Shown: positions 31,114-40,060 of the stretch, piece by piece
Numbering within the stretch: the stretch's first letter is position 1
Layout: every line of letters starts with the position of its first letter
DNA from: Candidatus Bipolaricaulota bacterium
Lineage (GTDB): Bacteria > Bipolaricaulota > Bipolaricaulia > UBA7950 > UBA9294
Length of the DNA: 64,000 bases
Direction: 5' to 3'
Assembly (NCBI GenBank): GCA_040752575.1
Contig: JBFMGK010000066.1
Span: 57,185 to 121,184, forward strand
Notes under the pieces: model-generated
Told to the model about the DNA's origin: nothing
Seen by the model: only the letters and a program-made list of their open reading frames with translations
Database searches by the model: none
Made by a program: the position numbers and the translations under genes

Positions 31114-31479
31114 CTACTTCTTGGCACCATACTTCGATCGGCCCTGTCGGCGTGCGCCGACGCCCTCCGAGTCCAGGGTGCCGCGGACGATGTGGTAGCG
31201 AACCCCCGGGAGATCCTTGACGCGCCCACCGCGGACGAGCACCATCGAGTGCTCCTGCAGGTTGTGGCCTTCGCCACCGATGTAGGCGGTGACTTCTTTC
31301 CCGTTGCTCATCCGCACGCGCGCAACCTTGCGCAACGCCGAGTTCGGCTTCTTGGGCGTCCGCGTGTACACGCGGGTGCAGACGCCCCTCTTCTGAGGGC
31401 ACGTCTCGAGCTGCGGGGCCTTGCTCTTCTTCGCCTTGGGCTTACGCCCAAGCCGGATCAACTGATTAATCGTTGGCAT
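31114..31479 (-). CDS. rpsL: 30S ribosomal protein S12
   Basis: [28 protein letters not shown]. Confidence 0.97.
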   Translation of the reverse strand: MPTINQLIRLGRKPKAKKSKAPQLETCPQKRGVCTRVYTRTPKKPNSALRKVARVRMSNGKEVTAYIGGEGHNLQEHSMVLVRGGRVKDLPGVRYHIVRGTLDSEGVGARRQGRSKYGAKK

Positions 31480-31505
31480 CTTCACTCCCTGGCACGTTGG
31501 CGGTG

Positions 31506-31534
31506 ATTATAGGGCGCATCGCAGACCCCTTCAA
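31506..31534 (-). promoter_or_regulatory. Sigma70-type promoter of the ribosomal superoperon
   Basis: TTGAAG-17 nt-TATAAT; the -35 overlaps the rpoC stop codon. Confidence 0.8.
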
Positions 31535-34500
31535 GGGAGAGCCGAGATCTCGGCTTCGCCGTCCGGTTCGCTGGATTCCGCGATCCCCCGTCCAACAGCG
31601 GTCAACGGCACGACGAACCCCGTCCCCGCTGGAATCCGCTTCCCGACGATGATGCTCGGCTTGAGCCCGTCGAGTTCGTCGGTCTCCCCTCGGAGCGCGG
31701 CCTCCGCGAGAACCTTCGTCGTACGCTGGAACGACGCGGCCGAGAGCCAGCCCTTGGTCTGAAGCGCTGCCTTGGAGATGCGCAGGAGTTCACGCTCTCC
31801 GTCCGGAAGACGCTTGTCGAACACAGGGATCTCGAGAACGGACTCGTCGCGCGTCACGCGGAGGGTGGCGACGCTCTCCCGCCTCGCGGCCTGGAGAATG
31901 CCCATCGTCAGAGGATCACCGCTTCGCGCAATCACATGACCCGCGACCTCGACATCCTCGGCGAGAGGAGATCCCATGGCGTCGCTTCGCGCCTGCTCCG
32001 CCTCGCGGTTCCATACGGACAGAGACTCGATCTCCTTGCGGAACTCCTCGAGCGTCACGAGATCGCCAAGCAGGAATCGACCGTCGCCGCGATCGACGAT
32101 GCGAACGTTGTTGAGAATCTGCCGGATGATGATCTCGAGGTGCTTGTCGCTGATGTCGACACCCTGCTGCTTGTACACCTTGTGAATCTCGTTCAGCAAG
32201 TACTGCCGCGCCTTCTGAACGCCGGCCGCCTCGAGCAGCGTGTGAGGGGCGACGATCCCCTTCGTCAGGAGGTCGCCCTCTTCGATCTTGTCGCCCACCC
32301 TGACGGTGACCGCTTTGTCGATCGGCACCATGCTCTTGGGCTCGAGTTCGACCTGCGCCACGTCGCCCTCAACTTCAACGGCCTCTACGCGCACACGCCC
32401 CTTGTGCGAGATCTCAAGGCGTAGAATCGCTTCGCCTGCCCGCACCGAGGCGCCGTGGCCCTTGAGCGCCGACACGTCCCGGGTCAGAGGAATGCGCCGG
32501 GCCGCGCCACTCGGGTTGTAGACGAGGATGCGATCGTCGAGGACGAGCGCCTCGCCCTCGCCCTCGGCCGCCACGAAGATCGGTTTCGACTTGGACGTGA
32601 TCTGCTTGCCCGCCTCGACGGTCTCGCCGGGCGCGACGAGCAGCCGTGCCCCGTAAGGAATCTCGTACTCGGTTTCGCCCCCGTCGTCGGCGATCAAACG
32701 GAAGTGGCGGTCGTCCTCTTCCGTCAGCTCGAGCCGCGACCGTCGAATCGCCACGATGGGCTCGACATTGAAACGCTCGGTCAACGCGTCCTTCTCCGAC
32801 ACGGCGTCGCCGGTCTTGACCGCAGGGGCAGCCCCTCGTGGAATCGCGTATGCCCGGTCTCCCCCTGCCGTGTCGAGGACGAGCAGCTCCCGCCCCTCGC
32901 GCCCCTCCAACACGTAGACCTCTCCGCGACACGGGCTCCGGACGTCGAGCAGGTCTTCGATCTCCACCTCATCGCCCTTCTCGACCTTGAGGAGCGCTGC
33001 CGGCAAGAGAGCCGAGCGTGTCTCGCCGGTGATTTCCACTTGGTCCTCGCCCGTCGCGGTCGAGATGATGCCCGTGACGTACCCATCCAACGGGGAGATC
33101 CCCGCCTCATTGACTTTTACGGTCTTGCGGGCCTCGAACAGCTCCTCGGCGCGAGGAAGCCCCTGCGTGATGTCTTCGCCCGCGACGCCTCCGGTGTGGA
33201 ACGTCCTCATGGTCAGCTGCGTTCCGGGCTCGCCGACGGACTGCGCGGCGATCACGCCGACCGCGACGCCGAGGGCGACGGGACGATGCGAGCTCATGTC
33301 GTAGCCGTAGCACATCTGACATACGCCGTTGGCGGTCTCGCACGTCATCGCAGAACGGATGGCGATTCGCGGCCGCACGCGGATCTTCTTGATCTTTGCC
33401 CCTTTGAGCGTATCGAGGAGCCGCGCCGTAATGGCCTCGTCGGCCTTCACGAGCACCCTGTTGGTCTTGGGGTCTCGGACGTCGGCAACGTTCTTCGTTC
33501 CGATCAGCCGCTCGCGCTCCGCGGCATGGGCGAACCCCAGTTCCGCTTCGAGACGACCGACGTGGATCGCCATTTCGTGGCTCACCCACTGGTTCGCGTC
33601 GATCAAGACCTCCCCGGTCGCCGGGTCGACCACAGGAGCTGCGGTGACGCGCCCATAGATGCGATCTTCGATCGCCTCCATGATCTCCGTCTTGCTGAAG
33701 CGGAGCGGATCGATCTCGATTCCCTGCTTGGTCCCGCAGTCCACCTCTCGCACAATCGTGTCCGACGACGCGTCGACGAGGCGTCGCGTCAGGTACCCCG
33801 AGTCGGCCGTCTTGAGCGCCGTGTCGGCCGCCCCCTTTCTCCCGCCGTGCGTGGAGATGAAGTACTCCATCATGTCCAGGCCCTCGCGGAAGTTGGAGAT
33901 GACCGGACGCTCGATGATCTCGCCGGACGGCCCCGCCATCGGCCCGCGCATGCCACAGAGCTGTTTGACCTGATCGGGCCCTCCACGCGCGCCCGACGTA
34001 ACCATCCCGTACACGGGGTTGAAGCGATGGCGCCTCAGATTGTCCATCGTGGCCCGCTCGACATCGTCGACCGTTCGGCGCCAGATGCGGATGACCGCAT
34101 TCCGCCGCTCGTCCTCGGTGGACAGCCCCATCTTGTACATCGTCTCAATCCGCTGAACCGCGGCCAGGGACTCTCGTACGATGTCGCCCTTCTCCTCGGG
34201 GATCAAGCAGTCCTTGAGAGAGATCGTGAGCCCGGCGTAGGTCGCAAAGCGGAACCCTAGATCCTTGAGGTCATCGAGCACCTGGGCCGCCCTCTCCCAG
34301 CCGAACCGGTGGAAGCAGTCCATCACGATTCGCTTCACCGTCTTGCGATTGATCTCCACCGTGTAGTCGCGGATCTCCACAGGGAGCGCAAGGTTCACCT
34401 CGGCTCGCCCGAGCGTCGTCGGAATCAGCTCCCCGTCGATTCGGATCTTCACGGGGCTATGAAGCTCGATCGCGCCGCCTTCGAACGCTTTTCTCGCTTC

Positions 34501-36498
34501 ATCGATGTCGCGGAATGCCTTGCCCGCGCCCTTACCCTCGGGATTCTCGATGGTCAGGTAGTAGTACGCGAAGATCGGGTCCTGCGTCGGCAGAGTCAGG
34601 GGTTCGCCGCTCGCCGGCGAGAGGATGTTCCGAGGAGCCGCCATGAGTTCACGGGCCTCGCGAATCGCTTCGGGCGACAAGGGAAGGTGCACGGCCATCT
34701 GGTCTCCATCGAAGTCCGCGTTGTACGGCGGGCAGACCAACGGATGGATGTGAATCGCCTCTCCATCCACCAGCACGGGCTCGAAGGACTGCATCGAAAG
34801 ACGGTGCAACGTGGGTGCCCGATTGAGGAGCACCGGATGTTTCTTAACAAGCTTGTCGAGGATATCCCATACCTCTGGCATTTCCCCCATCAGCGCGCGA
34901 TTCTTGATCTCGTCAAAGTCCGAGAACGTCGTGGTCTCGAGGTTGTGGAGGATGAAGGGCTTGAACAGCTCAAGAGCCATCTTCTTCGGAATGCCGCACT
35001 GATGGAGTCTGAGCTTCGGGTCGACAACGATCACGGCGCGTCCGGAGTAGTCGACGCGGCGTCCGAGGAGATTGCGTCGCAATCGGCCGTGCTTACCGTG
35101 GATCCTCTCGGACAGCGACTTCAAGGGCCGGTTGTCGCGACCGCGGATCGGGCTCTCTTTCTTTTCGTTGTGGATCAGCGCATCGACCGCCTCCTGCAGC
35201 ATCCGCCGTTCGTTGCGCAGGATGACCTCGGGAGCCCCCATGTCGATGAGCTTCTTGAGACGGTTGTTTCGGTTGATGATCCGTCGGTAGAGGTCGTTGA
35301 GGTCTGTCGTGGCGAACTTCCCGCCCTCGAGCTGAATCATCGGCCGGAGATCGGGGGGCAGAACCGGGATCACATCGAGAATCATGTCCTCGGCGTTGTT
35401 CCCCGAGAGACGCAACTGGTCGACGACTTCCAACCGTTTCGAGATCCGCCGCTGGTTTCCCACCGCGGTTTCGGTTCTCAACTCCTCGCTCAACGTCTCG
35501 TGCAGCTCGTTCAGGTCCAGCGCGCTGAGGATGCCCTTGATCCCGGCGGCCCCCGTCTCGGAGATGAACCCTTCGGGGTAAACCCGCTCATAGGCTCGTC
35601 GCTCGAGATACGTAAGACGCGCCCCCAGGGTAAGCGGCACCGCGGGATTCTTGATTCGCGTCACGATGAACACGAGGCTGTCCAGCACTTCACGGTCGAG
35701 GGGCTGCCCGGTAACGGCACCATAGCGATCGACGAGCATCTCGTAGGCCGTCTTCGAGCACAGCTCGCCGACCGGCCGCTCCGCGATCACGGTGTCTTCT
35801 TCCACCTCATCGCCATCTTCGACCATCAGTTCGGCATCGCCCACCATCGGGTACTCTTGCGAACCGATCACGACGCAGCGGATCTTCTCGCCGTTCGTGA
35901 GTTGCCGCTCCTCCAGCGTGACACGCCCTTCCTCTTCCGCGAGGACGCGAGGCGCGTCGTCAATGTAGTAGGCCGGCTCGGCTTCGAACGCATACGCTTG
36001 CGAGAGAATGCTGAACTCCGCGTCGTACAGCGTTTCGCCGGGACGGACTTCCTTGCTCTGCGATGAGGTCACGATGTGCAGCGCCTGCTCAAGGGGCTCG
36101 GTCTCGTAGTAGGCGATGCGCTGCAGCTCGCGTCGCTTCATCCCGAGAAGTCGGCTCAGGAGGCTCGACACGCCTTTGAGGAACCAGAAGTGGACGACGG
36201 GGCTGGCGAGCTGAATGTGCGCCATGTTGACCCGGCGAACCGAGGAGTCCGTGACCAGGACATGGCACTTCTCGCAGGTGATTCCTTCGTACTTCTTCCC
36301 CTTGTACTTCCCGCAGGCGCACTCGTAATCGTTCGCCGGGCCGAAGATCTCCTCGGCGTAGAGGCCGCCGCGTTCAGCCCGATGGGTGCGGTAGTTGATC
36401 GTCTCCGACTCGGTGATCTCTCCGTGCGACCAGCTCAGGATCACCGACGGCGGAGCCAACTGAAGCTTAATGCGACGAACATCATCGCCGGATATCAC
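31531..36498 (-). CDS. rpoC: RNA polymerase beta-prime subunit with several large insertions
   Basis: Zn-finger [38 protein letters not shown]; start GTG 36498 (or 36507). Confidence 0.97.
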   Translation of the reverse strand: MISGDDVRRIKLQLAPPSVILSWSHGEITESETINYRTHRAERGGLYAEEIFGPANDYECACGKYKGKKYEGITCEKCHVLVTDSSVRRVNMAHIQLASPVVHFWFLKGVSSLLSRLLGMKRRELQRIAYYETEPLEQALHIVTSSQSKEVRPGETLYDAEFSILSQAYAFEAEPAYYIDDAPRVLAEEEGRVTLEERQLTNGEKIRCVVIGSQEYPMVGDAELMVEDGDEVEEDTVIAERPVGELCSKTAYEMLVDRYGAVTGQPLDREVLDSLVFIVTRIKNPAVPLTLGARLTYLERRAYERVYPEGFISETGAAGIKGILSALDLNELHETLSEELRTETAVGNQRRISKRLEVVDQLRLSGNNAEDMILDVIPVLPPDLRPMIQLEGGKFATTDLNDLYRRIINRNNRLKKLIDMGAPEVILRNERRMLQEAVDALIHNEKKESPIRGRDNRPLKSLSERIHGKHGRLRRNLLGRRVDYSGRAVIVVDPKLRLHQCGIPKKMALELFKPFILHNLETTTFSDFDEIKNRALMGEMPEVWDILDKLVKKHPVLLNRAPTLHRLSMQSFEPVLVDGEAIHIHPLVCPPYNADFDGDQMAVHLPLSPEAIREARELMAAPRNILSPASGEPLTLPTQDPIFAYYYLTIENPEGKGAGKAFRDIDEARKAFEGGAIELHSPVKIRIDGELIPTTLGRAEVNLALPVEIRDYTVEINRKTVKRIVMDCFHRFGWERAAQVLDDLKDLGFRFATYAGLTISLKDCLIPEEKGDIVRESLAAVQRIETMYKMGLSTEDERRNAVIRIWRRTVDDVERATMDNLRRHRFNPVYGMVTSGARGGPDQVKQLCGMRGPMAGPSGEIIERPVISNFREGLDMMEYFISTHGGRKGAADTALKTADSGYLTRRLVDASSDTIVREVDCGTKQGIEIDPLRFSKTEIMEAIEDRIYGRVTAAPVVDPATGEVLIDANQWVSHEMAIHVGRLEAELGFAHAAERERLIGTKNVADVRDPKTNRVLVKADEAITARLLDTLKGAKIKKIRVRPRIAIRSAMTCETANGVCQMCYGYDMSSHRPVALGVAVGVIAAQSVGEPGTQLTMRTFHTGGVAGEDITQGLPRAEELFEARKTVKVNEAGISPLDGYVTGIISTATGEDQVEITGETRSALLPAALLKVEKGDEVEIEDLLDVRSPCRGEVYVLEGREGRELLVLDTAGGDRAYAIPRGAAPAVKTGDAVSEKDALTERFNVEPIVAIRRSRLELTEEDDRHFRLIADDGGETEYEIPYGARLLVAPGETVEAGKQITSKSKPIFVAAEGEGEALVLDDRILVYNPSGAARRIPLTRDVSALKGHGASVRAGEAILRLEISHKGRVRVEAVEVEGDVAQVELEPKSMVPIDKAVTVRVGDKIEEGDLLTKGIVAPHTLLEAAGVQKARQYLLNEIHKVYKQQGVDISDKHLEIIIRQILNNVRIVDRGDGRFLLGDLVTLEEFRKEIESLSVWNREAEQARSDAMGSPLAEDVEVAGHVIARSGDPLTMGILQAARRESVATLRVTRDESVLEIPVFDKRLPDGERELLRISKAALQTKGWLSAASFQRTTKVLAEAALRGETDELDGLKPSIIVGKRIPAGTGFVVPLTAVGRGIAESSEPDGEAEISALP

Positions 36499-36756
36499 GC
36501 ACCTCACCTCTCCTTAGTCGTGTTGTCCGTGCAATCCTGGGTGGGGCCGATCGGACGATCACTGAGCGAGACGCGAGCCGGCTCACCCATGCGCCTCGTC
36601 GCCGTCTTTCTCATCATTTCCCGCCGTAGCCCCTTGGCGTAAAAGGCACAATCATCCAGCCCCTGGCGGGAGACCGGACCTCTACGAGTCATACTCCGTG
36701 GTAGAACACCTGGTTCGCGCTCGCCGCGCACTCAGGAGTCTGTCTGTATTCGGTGG

Positions 36757-36784
36757 AGTATAGCCCGAGCTGCCTGCCTGTCAA
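36757..36784 (-). promoter_or_regulatory. Dedicated sigma70-type promoter of rpoC
   Basis: TTGACA-16 nt-TATACT about 260 nt upstream of the rpoC start. Confidence 0.75.
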
Positions 36785-37827
36785 GGCGCCGCCGCGATCG
36801 GTGCGCCCAGCGTCAAAGCGGTCACGCCCGGCTCGTCCAGCAGATCGCGCCACGATGCGAACGTCTGGGCGTTCAGCACCTGCGTCTCGTCGTCCCGCTC
36901 CCATCGAAAGCAGATGGGAAGAGTCGTCGGGCGCCCGGGGGCCGAGTGCGTCGCCGTGATCCTCGCCGCGAGGGCGACGACGCGGCTCCTCTCCGCATCG
37001 TTCTTGGCGTCCCAGGCCGTGCGCACGAGCGTGACCGGCCCATGAGGCGTGGAGGGGTACACGCGGAGATCTCCGGGCAGAAAGAGGTCTTGAAGCTGGT
37101 GTTTCTCGTCCTCCCCCTCGGCGAGGACGATCGTGACGTCAGGCTCCGCCCGATAGACGTGTGCGAAGTCAAGCAGCCGCAGTGCATTGAGTGTGAACGA
37201 CTCCTCGGCCAAGAGGCGCGCCACCCGCTCACCGAAGCCGGGCACGGTGAGCTTGCAGCGCTGAGCAGCACAGAGACCATCCCACGATTCGAGTCCGAGC
37301 CCGGAGGCCGCCGCCATGAGATCCTCGTCGCTTGCCGGTCGTCCGCGCCGTGGGGCGTCGAGGACGGCCCATTCGTCGACGCGCTCCGGCGTCTGCCCCC
37401 ACGAAGCGCACAGCGGCCTCAGCACCCGGCCCGTTAACCCAAACTGCGCATCGAGGCTCTGCAGATCGCTCGCCTTGATGTCCCACGTGTCGAGACGATC
37501 TCCCGTGACGAGGAAGTCCGCCCCGACCCGCTCGACGTACCTTGCCGCCCTTGCCAGAAGCAGCGTGCGACACTGCACACAGGCCCGCCGCAGGGAGAAG
37601 CAGACACGCGAATCCACGAACCGCCGGTAGTCGCGCTTCAGGGACTGGGTTCGAAACGTCGTCCCGAACCACTCCTCGCGCAGGAGATCCCGCAACCCAC
37701 CACACTCCGAAGAGAAGGGCGATCTGAAGTGCAGCAGCTGCACGCCGCCGACGTCCGGGTGCCGCTGCACCAATCGGCCCGCCACGCGACTTGCGAGGCT
37801 CCCCGAGAACAGCACGACAACCTTCAT
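36781..37827 (-). CDS. ThiI/MnmA-like (DUF814-associated) tRNA thiolase homolog with a degenerate PP-loop
   Basis: VVLFSGSLAS, HFRSPF, CVQC, GADFLVTG, LRPL and CKLT follow the layout of this family. Confidence 0.7.
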   Translation of the reverse strand: MKVVVLFSGSLASRVAGRLVQRHPDVGGVQLLHFRSPFSSECGGLRDLLREEWFGTTFRTQSLKRDYRRFVDSRVCFSLRRACVQCRTLLLARAARYVERVGADFLVTGDRLDTWDIKASDLQSLDAQFGLTGRVLRPLCASWGQTPERVDEWAVLDAPRRGRPASDEDLMAAASGLGLESWDGLCAAQRCKLTVPGFGERVARLLAEESFTLNALRLLDFAHVYRAEPDVTIVLAEGEDEKHQLQDLFLPGDLRVYPSTPHGPVTLVRTAWDAKNDAERSRVVALAARITATHSAPGRPTTLPICFRWERDDETQVLNAQTFASWRDLLDEPGVTALTLGAPIAAAP

Positions 37828-37861
37828 CAACCCGCTGACCCCAGTCTCCGGCCCTCTGCGG

Positions 37862-38389
37862 CTATCGCCGCGGCTCGATCAATCCGTAGTTCCCGTCTCT
37901 TCTGTGGTAGATGATCGCGACCTCATCCGTCTCGGAATCGACGAACACGAGGAATCCTTTCTCGATCGCCTCCAACTGGAGCGCCGCCTCCTCGGGCGTC
38001 ATCGGCTTCATGAACCGCGTTTCGGTCCTGATGATTTGCTTCTCCGGCGCCACGGTGCGAACCTCGACGGACTCGCGGCTCGCTCCGTGCCCCCTCACAT
38101 CCCCCAGCTGGTCCTTGAACTTCACGAGCTGACGCCGCAGCCTGTCGACGGCCACATCGATGGACGCATACATGTCGGTCGACTCTTCACGAGCCGTGAT
38201 GATCTTCTTGTTCGTCAAGTGGGCGTGGAAGTCGGCGATCTGCCGTTCCTTCTCGACCGTCAGCACGACATCGACACTGACGATTCGGTCGAAGAACCGC
38301 TCGAGCGCCTCGGTCTTCTCCACCACGTACGACCGCAGCGCCTCGCTGGACTCACCATGCGTGTGCCGTTCAGCGATCTTGATCTTCAT
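37862..38389 (-). CDS. hpf: Ribosome hibernation promoting factor (long HPF/RaiA)
   Basis: DMYASID, KPMTPEEAALQL, IYHRRDGNYGLIEP. Confidence 0.93.
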   Translation of the reverse strand: MKIKIAERHTHGESSEALRSYVVEKTEALERFFDRIVSVDVVLTVEKERQIADFHAHLTNKKIITAREESTDMYASIDVAVDRLRRQLVKFKDQLGDVRGHGASRESVEVRTVAPEKQIIRTETRFMKPMTPEEAALQLEAIEKGFLVFVDSETDEVAIIYHRRDGNYGLIEPRR

Positions 38390-38409
38390 CGACTCCCCCT
38401 TCCAACGAG

Positions 38410-38438
38410 ATTATGACAGAAAAGCTGATAGACGTCAA
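38410..38438 (-). promoter_or_regulatory. Sigma70-type promoter of hpf
   Basis: TTGACG-17 nt-CATAAT with an extended TG. Confidence 0.7.
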
Positions 38439-38473
38439 CGGTGTGGGGAGAAGGCCGGATCCCTAGGCTCTCT

Positions 38474-40018
38474 TCACGCGACGACGCGCAGACGATCCCG
38501 TAGCTCCCGCGTCACGCTGTGCAGGCCTTGGCTCCCAATGTCCGGCATGTAGACCGCAAACTCCCCGGCGACAAAGGCTTTGAGACGGCTACGCAATCGG
38601 ATGCCGTCGCTTCGCCGCTCCCTTTCGATCAACCCCGCCTCGACCAGTGGGCCTTGGAGTTCGTTCTGTATCAGCCCGTGGGCGCAGCTTGTCCACGCTG
38701 CAACCTGCTCGGCCGTGTACGAGCCCGGCGCGTGTTCGACCAAGAACGCGAGGACGCGTCGCTCAAGAAGGCTCGCACGCGCAATCCGGGCCATGACGCG
38801 CTCGATGTGACGCGCGACGGCCGGGGGAAGTTCGTCTTCCGGATCCTCGGCGTCCGGCGCGGCCGTGGGGACTACGTCGAGAACTCCCCAACCCGTCTCG
38901 CTCGTTACGCGCTGGCGTGCCTGCGACTCCGTCTCGATCTCTGTCGTCCGGCGAACGTGCGCGCCGAGAAGCCGCGGCACGAAGGCTTCCGGCTCGACGC
39001 TCGCTCTCTGCACCGGCTCGGGCTCCATCTGTCGTGGGACTTCGACCTTGATGTAACCCAGCGTCCGAGCCGTCTCCTCAAGCCGCGCGATTCGCTCCTC
39101 GCGCTCGGCGAGCTTCTCCTGAAGCCGTGACACCTGTTCTTCGAGTTCTTGAGTCTTGGTTCTCTTGCCGCCACCCTCGCGCGCCTTCTCAATCGCCTCG
39201 ATAATCGATGCGCTCACCTGTCGGAGTTCGGGCGTCGCCACGGAGTCGAGGGTCGGAGTGAACCCTGCGTGAAAAGTCGCTCGCTCTCTCACATAGATCG
39301 GCCTCGCGACGTCGCCGTCGACGAACATGCAGTGGCCTGTGTCCAACCCGCCGATGAGTTCCTTGACCTCGCTCTTTCGCCACGGCAGGAGCTCGCTGTA
39401 GACCCTCATGTCCACTTCGTGAACGACGCGGTGAAGGAACAGCATCCCGGCCTGCGTGAGCACGTCCTTGTCTACCTTGGCGCTTCGCTGTGAGACGATG
39501 ATCGCCCCGAGCCCGCGCTTTCGGCCCCTGAGGGCGATCCGAGCGATCATCTCCTTCAGCTCGGTCTTCACACCCTGCGGAACGAACTCGTGCGCCTCTT
39601 CGATTCCGATAATGTAGGGACGCCGCAGCGTCCCGGCAAGATTCCACAGACTCCCAAGGTATTCTATAAGTATCTCTGTGCGCTCGTCGGACAGGAACCC
39701 GCTGAGGTCCAAAACGACGGGCACGTTCTTCTGCATGCTCACTTCGGCGATCTGGGACGCGCACCCGGCATCGATCTCGATCTCGACCCCGTCGCCCGTC
39801 CCCACGACAAGGACTTCGTACTTCTCCTTCAGTCCGAAGTACTCCCCTTCAATGTCGACGATCGACAGAGGGTAGTTGTGGCGAAGGAGTTCCTCGAAAA
39901 TCACTCCAACGGTGTTGGACTTCCCCGAGCCGCGAATCCCCAGCACGGCGATGCACTGCCCGATGACCCTCTCGAGGTCCAGCTCGAGGTCCTGGCTGAT
40001 CTGTAGTGGCGTCCCCAT
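38474..40018 (-). CDS. HerA/FtsK-superfamily ATPase (DUF87-like) with a coiled coil and a possible C-terminal winged helix
   Basis: Walker A GIRGSGKS, DIEGEY, Walker B IGIEEAH, RGRKRG, VSQRSA. Confidence 0.85.
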   Translation of the reverse strand: MGTPLQISQDLELDLERVIGQCIAVLGIRGSGKSNTVGVIFEELLRHNYPLSIVDIEGEYFGLKEKYEVLVVGTGDGVEIEIDAGCASQIAEVSMQKNVPVVLDLSGFLSDERTEILIEYLGSLWNLAGTLRRPYIIGIEEAHEFVPQGVKTELKEMIARIALRGRKRGLGAIIVSQRSAKVDKDVLTQAGMLFLHRVVHEVDMRVYSELLPWRKSEVKELIGGLDTGHCMFVDGDVARPIYVRERATFHAGFTPTLDSVATPELRQVSASIIEAIEKAREGGGKRTKTQELEEQVSRLQEKLAEREERIARLEETARTLGYIKVEVPRQMEPEPVQRASVEPEAFVPRLLGAHVRRTTEIETESQARQRVTSETGWGVLDVVPTAAPDAEDPEDELPPAVARHIERVMARIARASLLERRVLAFLVEHAPGSYTAEQVAAWTSCAHGLIQNELQGPLVEAGLIERERRSDGIRLRSRLKAFVAGEFAVYMPDIGSQGLHSVTRELRDRLRVVA

Positions 40019-40060
40019 GGATCTCCCCGCATCCGCAACCGGACGGCCCGGCGCGCCGTG

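Noticed and set aside
32455..36066. 601-aa and 585-aa plus-strand ORFs
   Set aside because: Antisense shadows of rpoC
31531..36498. Intein or intron as the cause of the long rpoC
   Set aside because: No intein splice motifs (Cys/Ser start, His-Asn end) or homing-endonuclease motifs; the inserts resemble RNAP-internal modules
36504..36731. 75-aa ORF upstream of rpoC as an rpoB remnant or leader peptide
   Set aside because: No resemblance to the RpoB C-terminus, no convincing RBS
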